A DNA stretch of 64,000 bases from the IMG/VR virus record IMGVR_UViG_3300009999_000002. The stretch is one strand, 5' to 3'. Source of the DNA: a virus. This document shows, one piece after another, positions 8,484-18,137 of this stretch. The position numbers and the translations under genes are program-made. The notes beneath the pieces were generated by a model. It was not told where the DNA came from. It saw only the letters and a list, made by a program, of their open reading frames with translations, and searched no databases. Numbering within the stretch: the stretch's first letter is position 1; each line of letters opens with the position of its first letter.

Positions 8484-8750
8484 ATGTTAACTCAAGAAAC
8501 AGTAAAAGCATTAGCAGAAAAAACAGGCACTACACAGAAGGTCGCTCGGGAACACTTGGACGCTTTCAAAGAAGTAGTTGTTGAATCATTACAATCAGGA
8601 GAAGGCGTAGACCTCAAAGGCTTCGTAACATTCTCAACTAAGGAAGTAGCAGAACGTACTGCTAAAAATCCTAAAACTAAAGAGGACGTCGTTGTTCCTG
8701 CTCACCGCAAAGCAACAGCTTCACTCGCTAAATCACTTCGCAAGATCTGA
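8484..8750 (+). CDS. hup: HU-family histone-like DNA-binding protein
   Basis: VDLKGFVTFSTKEVAERTAKNPKTKEDVVVPA HU/IHF signature; 88 aa. Confidence 0.92.
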   Translation: MLTQETVKALAEKTGTTQKVAREHLDAFKEVVVESLQSGEGVDLKGFVTFSTKEVAERTAKNPKTKEDVVVPAHRKATASLAKSLRKI

Positions 8751-8783
8751 TTAATTTTGACTCGGCTCCGGCTGAGTCTCAAT

Positions 8784-8856
8784 GCTCTGGTGATATAGAG
8801 GTTATTATACGTCGACGACGGTTAACGAAACGCAGGTTCGAATCCTGCTCAGAGCG
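8784..8856 (+). tRNA. tRNA-like gene with aberrant anticodon arm (pseudo-tRNA; identity undetermined)
   Basis: Acceptor GCTCTGG/TCAGAGC and perfect T arm GCAGG-TTCGAAT-CCTGC, but the anticodon stem is mismatched and the loop lacks U33. Confidence 0.5.
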
Positions 8857-8975
8857 CCTCCTCCTGAATAAATGTGTGACCAGTGATAAGCGAACGTGTG
8901 CGCTAATCGAATTTTTTCATGTAAAAACCTCCTCCTTTAAGAGCAGGCTTCGACGGAAGTCTCCTCTTTGAATAT

Positions 8976-9047
8976 GTGGCTATAGCTCAGTGGTAGAGCG
9001 CTTGACTGTTAATCAGGTGGTCGCAGGTTCAAATCCTGCTAGCTACG
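8976..9047 (+). tRNA. tRNA-Asn (GTT)
   Basis: Cloverleaf; anticodon arm CTTGA-CTGTTAA-TCAGG; T arm GCAGG-TTCAAAT-CCTGC. Confidence 0.9.
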
Positions 9048-9075
9048 CTTAAACAAACTAAATACACGAGAGAGA

Positions 9076-9363
9076 GTGAAGAGAATGAAGTATTTAAAAG
9101 CAATCCTTCTTGCATTTCTAGGCAAGCAAGCCAAGGCGCATGAAAAGGATATCAAGAAAGCACAGAACTGGATCGATTCTGCACAAGCTCAATTCGCATC
9201 GGCAATTGAGGAGTCAGAAAAGGCTGAACAACACTTTGAAGAGGTTGCTCAGACAATGGAAGCCAAGCTCCGTGCAGGTCAAGCAACATTGAATTCAGTA
9301 CTTGCTCAGAAAGAACAGGCTACTAAGTTCAAACAGAAGATGAAGAAGTTCATCGAAGATTAA
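9076..9363 (+). CDS. Hypothetical coiled-coil protein within the tRNA cluster
   Basis: 95-aa ORF with helical composition, followed by a terminator-like hairpin at 9376-9406. Confidence 0.6.
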   Translation: MKRMKYLKAILLAFLGKQAKAHEKDIKKAQNWIDSAQAQFASAIEESEKAEQHFEEVAQTMEAKLRAGQATLNSVLAQKEQATKFKQKMKKFIED

Positions 9364-9408
9364 GTTAAAATTTCCAAAGTCTCATGCTTATCGTGTGGGA
9401 CTTTTTAT

Positions 9409-9482
9409 ATGAGCTTAGTGTAGCGGTAACATGATGGTCTCCAAAACCATTGTCGTGGGTTCGAATCCTACAGCTCGTGCCA
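9409..9482 (+). tRNA. tRNA-Trp (CCA)
   Basis: Anticodon arm ATGGT-CTCCAAA-ACCAT; encoded 3' CCA. Confidence 0.92.
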
Positions 9483-9545
9483 TATTATTCCTAAAAGATC
9501 AGACAGCTTGCTGAAAAGGTTCAGTCCCTTTGAATAATATGATAT

Positions 9546-9616
9546 GCCTGATTAGTTAAATGGTATAACTTCGGCTTTGTAATCCGACGTCGGCAGTTCG
9601 ACTCTGTCATTAGGCA
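9546..9616 (+). tRNA. tRNA-Thr (TGT)
   Basis: Acceptor GCCTGAT/ATTAGGC; anticodon loop TTTGTAA; T loop TTCGACT. Confidence 0.8.
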
Positions 9617-9675
9617 TCAAATTAGACATGAACTCACCACGCCTCTCAAGGAAGCGGACTACGGTGAGTCTTTTT

Positions 9676-9760
9676 GGGTAAGTATGCAAGTGGTTAAAGC
9701 AGGCGGACTGTAAATCCGTCCCTTAATGGTTCGTAGGTTCAAATCCTACCTTGCCCACCA
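9676..9760 (+). tRNA. tRNA-Tyr (GTA)
   Basis: GCGGA-CTGTAAA-TCCGT arm, long variable arm, 3' ACCA. Confidence 0.93.
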
Positions 9761-9848
9761 TCACGTTTTCTAATATTTTATTCTTTTTTTCATTGTTTTG
9801 AAAATCCTTTTGAGACTGACTTAAGCGGAAACTTGAGTCAGTAATTAT

Positions 9849-9922
9849 GTATCTTTAGCTCAGCCGGATAGAGCAACGCCCTTCTAAGGCGTCGGTCGGG
9901 AGTTCGAATCTCTCAAGATACA
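9849..9922 (+). tRNA. tRNA-Arg (TCT)
   Basis: ACGCC-CTTCTAA-GGCGT arm; canonical D and T arms. Confidence 0.92.
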
Positions 9923-10154
9923 CTTAACTATTACCATCGCAATTAGATTTGCGACCAAGACTTCATGAGGAAGTCAGTGCAATGTATTAGGGTGTGTGGA
10001 CGCCTCCTCCTGTTTCACACCATACCTCCTTTGTGTTAGATGTGATTTGATTACGAATGGCATTTCTGTTTATTCCAATCGTGGGGTTGATTCTAACCCC
10101 ACACAGCCTAATGCATTGCATGCTCCTCAAACAAAGAGAGAGGGAGTCGAGAGA

Positions 10155-10334
10155 ATGCCTGAAAAAGAATCAACAAAGACTCAACTAGAAGATCAACTAG
10201 CTTATGTGCAACGCCACATAAAGACGCTCACCTCAAGAGGGAGCAGTCATATTAAAGACATCTCAGACTTACAACGGTATATCGAGATGCAGAAGAATAT
10301 CCTTGAAGCTATGTACTTCATGGAGGGACTATAA
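10155..10334 (+). CDS. Small hypothetical protein
   Basis: ATG 10155 behind GAGGGAG; its stop abuts the RBS of the next gene. Confidence 0.6.
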   Translation: MPEKESTKTQLEDQLAYVQRHIKTLTSRGSSHIKDISDLQRYIEMQKNILEAMYFMEGL

Positions 10335-10335
10335 C

Positions 10336-10746
10336 ATGTCTACGAAACTAAAAGTAAATTCAAACGAACAGGTCAAGCAGGCAGTGTCCTACTTGATCAA
10401 AGGTCATTTCTACGGAGAAGACCGTCGTGAAATCACTACTGTGATGGATCGTGCAGATACATTAGATCTCTTGAAAGAGATTGACACATCGTTATATAGC
10501 GAGGTGAGCATCGAGCTTGAAGGAGAGTACTTCTATATTACATCTAATATGAAGGAGTCATTCTTCTACATTGAGTCTGTTAAGACTACAAGCCAAGATG
10601 TTAAGACGCATGAAGGTGAGATCCTTCTGCTACCGCATTACTTACCGCAAGATATCAAGGCAGGATGCGTTGATAATAGCGAAACAGTAATCGAATTCGA
10701 ATTGACAGATGTCTACGAAGAAATGACAAAGATCATTAATAAGTAA
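10336..10746 (+). CDS. Hypothetical protein
   Basis: ATG 10336 behind GGAGG; followed by hairpin 10754-10776. Confidence 0.7.
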   Translation: MSTKLKVNSNEQVKQAVSYLIKGHFYGEDRREITTVMDRADTLDLLKEIDTSLYSEVSIELEGEYFYITSNMKESFFYIESVKTTSQDVKTHEGEILLLPHYLPQDIKAGCVDNSETVIEFELTDVYEEMTKIINK

Positions 10747-10805
10747 AAGTATGAGAGAAGCTTAGGCTTCTCTTTATTCGTGTTTCAGTAAAGTGGGTGA
10801 TAAAG

Positions 10806-11636
10806 ATGGCAAGACAAGCATCAGAAAAGAAAACCTGCCTGAAATGCGGTAATGACTATGCGGTTTCGAGCTTTTACTCTCACAGAAATCCACTATTAAA
10901 TGAGCGATTCGGCTTCTGCAAAAAGTGCGTAAAAGGTAATGTCGATTTAAATGACATGGAAACGCTCTACAACTTCCTCCGCACTATGGACATCCCATAC
11001 TTGAAAGAGTTTTGGAAGCAGGCGAACGATGCAGACAATGAAACGATCGGAACGTACCTGAAAAACTTGAACTCCCTTAGACAAAATAAGGAACTGAGAT
11101 TCAAGGACAGTGATGATATCACTGGTAAAACGAACAAAGCAGAATTGTTCGAGATCGATGACGACTTCGAGGTGACTGACGAAGTTCTCAAACGGTGGGG
11201 TAGAAACCTCGAAAAACCAGATTACTTGTTCTTAGAAGAAGAATTCGACAGACTTGGTGGCTATGAAGCCGAAACAACCATCCAAGAATCCATATGTAAG
11301 AATATGGCTCGTACCCAGTGGATGGGTAACAGGGCGCTAGAGGAAGGCGACCATAACAAATACGAGAAAATGATGAAAACGCTATCTACGCAAATGCAGG
11401 ATGCGAACATCAAACCTGTCCAAGTAAAGTCCGCTTCTGAAGATGGAGCGTTAAAAAGTTGGGGAGAATGGGTCAAACTAGTCGAAGAGACGGAGCCTAT
11501 ATCAGACCAACAAGAAGAATTCCAAGACGTTGACGGCATCTACAAATACATTGATAGATGGTTCATTGTTCAACTTAAACGAGTCTTTGGAAAGATCAAG
11601 GACGAAGATATCGTCAAACTTGAAGGTGAAGACTGA
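10806..11636 (+). CDS. Zinc-finger protein, probable terminase small subunit
   Basis: CxxC...CxxC at the N-terminus; translationally coupled (TGATG) to the large terminase. Confidence 0.6.
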   Translation: MARQASEKKTCLKCGNDYAVSSFYSHRNPLLNERFGFCKKCVKGNVDLNDMETLYNFLRTMDIPYLKEFWKQANDADNETIGTYLKNLNSLRQNKELRFKDSDDITGKTNKAELFEIDDDFEVTDEVLKRWGRNLEKPDYLFLEEEFDRLGGYEAETTIQESICKNMARTQWMGNRALEEGDHNKYEKMMKTLSTQMQDANIKPVQVKSASEDGALKSWGEWVKLVEETEPISDQQEEFQDVDGIYKYIDRWFIVQLKRVFGKIKDEDIVKLEGED

Positions 11637-13357
11637 TGCCAAGAAAGAAACGGATCAGCAACCACGACAAGACTAAACAAGGATTCAAGAAATGGACATC
11701 CTTTTATAGAGCAAATCCACATCGATTTGCCAATGACTACTTGCTAGTCAGGCTCTTCCTTTACCAGAAACTCCTGTTATGGGCGATGAATAAATATTCG
11801 TTTTTTATGTATATCGCCGCCAGAGGGCAAGGAAAATCCTACATTATCGCCATTTATTGCGTAATCAGAGCCATCCTGTATCCATCATCCAACATTGTAC
11901 TTGCAAGTGGAACCAAGGGTCAGGCAAGGCTGATTATCACCGAGAAAATCTTCGCTCTGAAGAATAACTCGAAGAATGTCGAGAGGGAGATTAAGGAGTT
12001 CAAGACGAGTGCTAACGAATGTTACGTCGTCTTTTGGAATGGATCAAAGATTACGGCAGTTACCAGTGGCGACAGCGCCCGTGGTTATCGAGCAAACATC
12101 CTCATCGTCGATGAGTTCCGCTTGATCACGAAGGAAACGATTGACCAAATCTTACGACCTTTCCTAAACGTAAACAGAACTCCACCTTACTTGTCGAAAC
12201 CTGAGTACAAACATTTGTCGGAAGAGAACAAAGAGATCTACATCTCCTCAGCATGGTATAAGAACCACTGGATTTGGGACTCTTTCAAGTCGTACCTGAA
12301 CGGTATGCTTGCAGGCAAGGATTACTTTGTTGCTGTCTTACCATGGCAGTTATCAGTATTCCACAATCTTCTATCAAGAAAGCGTGTTGAACAACAGCGC
12401 ACTGAAGAAGACTTTGACCAGATGTCTTGGGACATGGAGTATGAAGCACTATTCGTTGGTGAAAACGAAAATGCTTATTTCAGACTTGATGACATCCAGA
12501 AGTGTAGAACTCTTCCTAAGCCATTCTATCCACCTACCTTAATGGAGTGGATTGAAAATCGTGACAAACGAGGCAGAAAGACTAACATGGTCAAACAAAG
12601 TGGCGAACTTCGCCTAGTCGGTATGGACGTTGCCTTAATGGGTTCTAGTAAAGCGGTCAAAAACGATACAACCCAATTCACTCTTATGAGACTTCTGCCA
12701 CAGGATGGCGGATACAGAAGAGATGTTGTCTACATGGAAAAGATGGAAGGACAACACTCCGAGATCCAAGCAATTAGACTTAAACAGCTCTATTACGACT
12801 TTGAAGCTGATTATGTTGCTCTTGATACAAACGGTAACGGTATGTCCGTATCCGATGATCTCATGAGAATCCTCTACGACAGAGATAGAGACGTTGAATA
12901 TCCGGCATGGACTGTAATAAACGACGAGATGATGGACGATCGGAAGATCGATAAGAACGCTATTCCAATCATTTACTCTATTAAAGGTTCCAGTGAGATT
13001 AACCACAAAGTTGCAACTGGATTAAGAAGCGCATTCGAGAAACGAAAAATCCGACTCCTTATCAATGATATTGAGGCGAGAGAAGATCTGATCGAGAAGA
13101 AAGGCTTCTTGAAAAAGTCAACGGAAGAGCAGGTATACCTGCTGAAGCCATTCGCTCAAGCTACGGCTCTAACGAACGAGTTGGTCAACCTTGTTTACAG
13201 GGTTTCAAGTGGTTATATCAAGATTGAAGAAGTAGGGACGACAACGAAGGATAGATATTCTTCGGTTGGATATGCCAACTATGTTGCGACTCTGCTTGAG
13301 CAAGACATGATCAAGAATAATTCAAATGACGACATTTTAGACTACTGTCTATGGTGA
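11636..13357 (+). CDS. terL: Terminase large subunit
   Basis: Walker A AARGQGKS, Walker B ILIVDEF, RNase H-like nuclease motifs GMDVA, ALDTNG and KDRYSS. Confidence 0.92.
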   Translation: MPRKKRISNHDKTKQGFKKWTSFYRANPHRFANDYLLVRLFLYQKLLLWAMNKYSFFMYIAARGQGKSYIIAIYCVIRAILYPSSNIVLASGTKGQARLIITEKIFALKNNSKNVEREIKEFKTSANECYVVFWNGSKITAVTSGDSARGYRANILIVDEFRLITKETIDQILRPFLNVNRTPPYLSKPEYKHLSEENKEIYISSAWYKNHWIWDSFKSYLNGMLAGKDYFVAVLPWQLSVFHNLLSRKRVEQQRTEEDFDQMSWDMEYEALFVGENENAYFRLDDIQKCRTLPKPFYPPTLMEWIENRDKRGRKTNMVKQSGELRLVGMDVALMGSSKAVKNDTTQFTLMRLLPQDGGYRRDVVYMEKMEGQHSEIQAIRLKQLYYDFEADYVALDTNGNGMSVSDDLMRILYDRDRDVEYPAWTVINDEMMDDRKIDKNAIPIIYSIKGSSEINHKVATGLRSAFEKRKIRLLINDIEAREDLIEKKGFLKKSTEEQVYLLKPFAQATALTNELVNLVYRVSSGYIKIEEVGTTTKDRYSSVGYANYVATLLEQDMIKNNSNDDILDYCLW

Positions 13358-13375
13358 TTGGAGGTGTAACGGAAT

Positions 13376-14908
13376 ATGGCAAATAGAAACTACAACAACA
13401 GAAGCAAGGGTAGAAATCGCAATAGCGGTAAGAATCCTGAAACAGCGCCTTCTGAAAATGTGGATCACTTAAAATTCGCATCAGCATCGGCTCAGTTTAC
13501 TGGGATAAAATCAACCTCGACCTCGAGTCTTGATGAATCTCGACTAAAGTCGATGTTGCAAGATCCTGCTAAGAACGCAGTTACTGTCGGTAACTTCTCG
13601 AAAGCAATGAAAAACGTAAGTGGTATTTACAAACGAATCATTAAATATATGAGTTCGATGCTCACTTATGACCATACTATCTATCCAGTAATGGAGAATC
13701 CGTTTGTTGATGTCGGTGACGTTGCAACCATGCAACAGTCATTCGCTCAGACGGCTATCCTACTGGATAGGCTGAATCTCAAGTACAACATGCCAGTATT
13801 CGTATCCAAGATGTTTACGACTGGAACAATCTATATGTACAAACTTGAAGATTCCAAAAGTGTTGCCTATCAAGAGATGCCTACTCAGTATTGTCGTGTC
13901 GCTTATATGGAAGAAGGAGTTTTCCGCTTTCAAATGGACGTTACAAAACTGACAGAAGTAACAGCTCTTTCCTATCCAAAGGAAATTCAGACTGCTTACA
14001 ACTCTTTCAAGGCAGGAAACACCTCTTCGTTAATTGAGGCGAAGTACTATCAGGTTTCTGATAAAGGAGTTGCGTTCACAATTGATGAGGACGTACTTTC
14101 CCAAGCAGGTCAATCGTTGCCACCATTGGCAAACGTTCTGATTGATGCTATCCGGATCGAAACTGCAAAAGACGCAATGGAGAGCAATGCTGAATTAGAC
14201 AATACGAAGATCGTACACTCACGGGTTCCATTGGACGACAAAGGTCGACCATCGATGGAGTTACCAGTTGTACATGAGTATCACTCAGCGCTAAAACGAA
14301 GTCTTCCAAAAGGCTCCGTCGCAGTTACGAACCCATTCGACACAGAAGTCTATACGATGAACGGTGTCGGTAAAGAGGGGAGTTTTTCTCTCCTAGATAA
14401 GACTGTTGATCAGCTCTACAAAGGAGCAGGTGTATCACAGCAATTGTTTGCCAATGATAATTCAAGCTCAAATGCTTTGGAACGATCGCTTCAGGTCGAT
14501 AGTCAATGGCTGTACTCGTTTGTCCTTCCGCTATTCACAAATTACTACAATTACGAATTGAAGAAGGCAGGCAAAAAGGGTACGACTTGGAAAATTAAGC
14601 TGTTAACTGTTTCGCACTTTGATAGAAAAGATGCTATCGCAAGTGCGCAAGCTCAGCTATCCAATGGTGGGTCAAGACTCGAATATCTAGCCTACACAGG
14701 CATGACACCGATCGAAGTCGCCAACATGCTTGCATTCGAACAGAGAGTCCTCTCTATCGACGACTACATGGTTGTCAAAGCGACATCTCATACGACAGCA
14801 GGCTCAGCAGATGGTAAAGCATCTTCCCCTTCAAATCCAAACGGGGCAGGCGCCCCAACATCGGATAATCCTTCAGACACAACTGTAAGGATTAAGGATC
14901 AGCAATAA
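13376..14908 (+). CDS. Portal protein
   Basis: 510 aa, directly after terL in SPbeta-like gene order. Confidence 0.75.
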   Translation: MANRNYNNRSKGRNRNSGKNPETAPSENVDHLKFASASAQFTGIKSTSTSSLDESRLKSMLQDPAKNAVTVGNFSKAMKNVSGIYKRIIKYMSSMLTYDHTIYPVMENPFVDVGDVATMQQSFAQTAILLDRLNLKYNMPVFVSKMFTTGTIYMYKLEDSKSVAYQEMPTQYCRVAYMEEGVFRFQMDVTKLTEVTALSYPKEIQTAYNSFKAGNTSSLIEAKYYQVSDKGVAFTIDEDVLSQAGQSLPPLANVLIDAIRIETAKDAMESNAELDNTKIVHSRVPLDDKGRPSMELPVVHEYHSALKRSLPKGSVAVTNPFDTEVYTMNGVGKEGSFSLLDKTVDQLYKGAGVSQQLFANDNSSSNALERSLQVDSQWLYSFVLPLFTNYYNYELKKAGKKGTTWKIKLLTVSHFDRKDAIASAQAQLSNGGSRLEYLAYTGMTPIEVANMLAFEQRVLSIDDYMVVKATSHTTAGSADGKASSPSNPNGAGAPTSDNPSDTTVRIKDQQ

Positions 14909-14932
14909 ACCCTTGAAGGGAGGTGAAATTAA

Positions 14933-16471
14933 TTGGGTCACTACACTATTCCAATTAAATTCGAAGAAGTAAAAAACGTATTAGACGATCGCTTTATCAA
15001 GGTAAAGATCTATCTTGCTCATACGGGTGAGAATAGAAACGGATCGATCTTTTCGAAGGAAGTATTGGAGTCGATGATTCCATCTCTAAGTAACGTTCCC
15101 ATCCTTGGATACATTGCACTTAACGATGCAGGTGATAAGGATTTCAGGGAGCATAATGAAGACCTCGTAATCGAAGGTGGTAAATTTACCATCAAGTATA
15201 AGGGTCATGCTTGGGGAACCATTCCCGAAGATAATAATGCTAGGTTTGAAATGATGTACGGTGAAGATGGGGTTGAACGTGAATATCTTGTCGCAGAAGG
15301 ACTTCTATGGAAGAAGTTTCCCGAGGTTGAAGAAATCTTCGATAGGGACGGTGGATACAAAAGCCAATCTATGGAGATTTTTCCTCCGAGCGCAAAAGGA
15401 TATGTCAATGAACACGGGTTATTTGTTTTTACAGAAGCCAAATTTGAAGGTGCTTGCATCTTAGGCGAAGACGTTACCCCTGCAATGATCAGCTCTAGAA
15501 TTGAAAAGTTCTCAATGGCTGACAACATCAAACAAGAACTTAGCGAAATGCTTCGAGAGTTTAATCAATATTACTCTAGTACGAAAGGAGATAAGAAATT
15601 GGAAAATCAAACAAATGAACCAGAAAACTTGGAGCCAGAAGCGACTGAGCCAAATGAACCACAGGCAACTGAGCCGGAAGCAACTCCAGAACCAACTGAA
15701 CCAGAAACAGAATTCAGCGCTGAGCCAGAAACGACTGAAACAGTCGCTACAGAACCAGAGGAACCAGAAGTTCCAGAACCACTAGCGACAGAACCAGAAG
15801 CCTCTGCTGAGCCGGAACAAACTGCTGATCCAGTTGCAGAACCTGAAGAACCTACAAAGTTCTCAGTAACTCGTACATTCGAAATGGAACAAAGTGACGT
15901 TCGTGGTAAGTTATACGACAAAATTGACGATCATATGCGTAACGCATTGTCATTGTCACAAGAAGAAGCTTGGTTCTATATCGTCGGTGTATATCAGACA
16001 TATGTAGTCGTTTCAAACGAGTCATATCGTGACGAGCAGTTCTACAAAGTTGGAATGGAAGTTACTGATGAAGACGTCATCCTGAAGGATGTTGAACAAG
16101 TCTTCCCAATGTTCCTGAATGCAAACGAGAAGCAGGCAGTAGAAGCTTCTAGAACATCTATCGAGTTACTTCAACAAGAAGTGAATACTCTTAAAACGTT
16201 CAAAGAAGGAGTCGAGTTGAGCGAGAAGATCGCCAAAATCGACACTTATGCTTCTGTTCTGAATGAAGAGCAGATCGAGACTATCAAGTCTCAAGCTACA
16301 AACTTCTCATTGGTTGATATCGAGAAAGAGATTGGATTCTTACTCTTGAAAAACAACCATTTCTCAGCGAATCAACAAGCTGAGCAACAAGTCGATCCGG
16401 CTCGTTCTCCAATTGCTACTAGCAATGAGAACTTCCAGTATGGAGACTTGGCACGATACTTTAAAAAATAA
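14933..16471 (+). CDS. Prohead protease/scaffold protein
   Basis: N-terminal AHTGENRNGS ... QSMEI ... GACILG protease-like domain, an acidic Pro/Glu-rich linker and a helical C-terminus; lies between portal and capsid genes. Confidence 0.75.
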   Translation: MGHYTIPIKFEEVKNVLDDRFIKVKIYLAHTGENRNGSIFSKEVLESMIPSLSNVPILGYIALNDAGDKDFREHNEDLVIEGGKFTIKYKGHAWGTIPEDNNARFEMMYGEDGVEREYLVAEGLLWKKFPEVEEIFDRDGGYKSQSMEIFPPSAKGYVNEHGLFVFTEAKFEGACILGEDVTPAMISSRIEKFSMADNIKQELSEMLREFNQYYSSTKGDKKLENQTNEPENLEPEATEPNEPQATEPEATPEPTEPETEFSAEPETTETVATEPEEPEVPEPLATEPEASAEPEQTADPVAEPEEPTKFSVTRTFEMEQSDVRGKLYDKIDDHMRNALSLSQEEAWFYIVGVYQTYVVVSNESYRDEQFYKVGMEVTDEDVILKDVEQVFPMFLNANEKQAVEASRTSIELLQQEVNTLKTFKEGVELSEKIAKIDTYASVLNEEQIETIKSQATNFSLVDIEKEIGFLLLKNNHFSANQQAEQQVDPARSPIATSNENFQYGDLARYFKK

Positions 16472-16499
16472 TTGAAACACTGAAAGGAAGTAATTACAG

Positions 16500-16934
16500 A
16501 TGAAATATGTTCGTCTAGACAAGATCAAACCAACGGCTCACATTGAGTCTATCGTCGCAAGTACAGACCTCGTTAATGGTCAGTTTCTCGCATTAGGAGC
16601 GCTTCAAGCAGATGGAGAAGCTCGCTCTGCTACTCCATCAGGAGACGCTACTAAGCAATTAGTATTCCACGCATCGGTACCACTCACTTATGAGGATCGT
16701 ACAAATGAACTCGACTTCGAACTTAAAGCAGGTAAAGTCGGTCGTGGTTATATCCTTGAAAAAGGTGACACTGTATCTATCGACAGCGCAACTCTTGTTG
16801 TTGGCGATAAAGTAGTTCCAACTGCAGATGGTTTCGCTAAAGGAACTCCTGCAGGCTTCGAAGGCGAAGTTATCGCAATCGAGTTTGACGCAGTCGCAGG
16901 TCGTCTTGCAGTCATTCGTATCAACCAAGCTTAA
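16500..16934 (+). CDS. Capsid decoration/cement protein
   Basis: 144 aa, beta-rich, immediately before the major capsid gene; codon usage typical of high expression. Confidence 0.65.
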   Translation: MKYVRLDKIKPTAHIESIVASTDLVNGQFLALGALQADGEARSATPSGDATKQLVFHASVPLTYEDRTNELDFELKAGKVGRGYILEKGDTVSIDSATLVVGDKVVPTADGFAKGTPAGFEGEVIAIEFDAVAGRLAVIRINQA

Positions 16935-17017
16935 GATCAACCGTATTAAAAAACTAAACTAAAACAAAAGTATTGCACAGATGTACTGTGCAATACTATT
17001 ATGGAAGGTGAATCTCT

Positions 17018-18004
17018 TTGAAAGCAAAAATGACAGATCTACAACGTCTTGCTTTAGACGCTTATACTAACAAAAACGTTAAATTTAACGAGGTAACTGG
17101 AGAAGACGCTATTCGTAACATGATTAGCGAAGCAGTTGGCGGAGAATTTAACTACAAAACATTCCGCTCGAACAAATACGATGTATTCTCAATCATCGAA
17201 GAAGTTCTCGATGTTACTCTTGGAGTAGTCATCACTAACCAATTCGACGCTCTTGCAGATGTTAAAAACGTCGGTGTTGGTGAAAAACCATCATTCCGTG
17301 TCGAAGATCCAAGCCTCTTCCGGATCGCTCGTATCGCAGGCGGTACTAACGACATGCGTCGTCAAAAAATCCTTAACAGTCGCTTCGAAGTTGACACTGA
17401 TTACTTCGGTGCTAAAATCTACGCTGAACTCGAAATGTTCATCGCAGGTCGTGTTGACTGGGCATCTATGGTAGACCGTCTCTCACTTTCGTTCGCTAAC
17501 GATCTTGGAAAACGTATCTACGAAGCTGTCGCTAACTCTTACTCTGCTCTTAACGCTGTCTACGGTGTTACTGGTACTTACGAAGAGGACAAATTGTTCG
17601 ACATCGTCCAACACGTAGAAGCTAAAGCAGGCGGTCGCAAAGCTGTCATCATGGGTACTAAGAAAGCTCTTCGTAAGGTTTCTAAAGAACTCTTGATGTC
17701 TGATTCAATGAAAGAGGACATGAACCGTGTCGGCTTCATCGGCAACATCGGTGGTACAGACCTCGTTCTCTTGCCACAAGCTCATAAAGTCGGTACTGAC
17801 GAGTTCTTCGTTGACGACAACATGTTGCTCGTAGTTCCTGCTCAAGAAAAACTTGTCAAAGTTGTCATCGAAGGTGAAGCAACTATGATCGAGGTTGCTG
17901 ATGCAGGCGCTCGTAATGACCAACAAATGGAATACCTCATCCAGAAAAAACTGGGTGTCGGTGTCATGCAGTCGGCTATCTACGGAATGTACAAAATTCA
18001 GTAA
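17018..18004 (+). CDS. Major capsid protein
   Basis: 328 aa, position in the head module, strong codon bias. Confidence 0.8.
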   Translation: MKAKMTDLQRLALDAYTNKNVKFNEVTGEDAIRNMISEAVGGEFNYKTFRSNKYDVFSIIEEVLDVTLGVVITNQFDALADVKNVGVGEKPSFRVEDPSLFRIARIAGGTNDMRRQKILNSRFEVDTDYFGAKIYAELEMFIAGRVDWASMVDRLSLSFANDLGKRIYEAVANSYSALNAVYGVTGTYEEDKLFDIVQHVEAKAGGRKAVIMGTKKALRKVSKELLMSDSMKEDMNRVGFIGNIGGTDLVLLPQAHKVGTDEFFVDDNMLLVVPAQEKLVKVVIEGEATMIEVADAGARNDQQMEYLIQKKLGVGVMQSAIYGMYKIQ

Positions 18005-18137
18005 TCGTAAAACAAAAGTATTGCAATAATATACTGAAAGTGATACGATAGGGTAGTAGTGAAAGGCAGAAAGAAATCCTGTCTTTCACTCTACTAAATA
18101 TTAAAGCAAAAGTATTGCAATGAGGGAGAGTGTATAT

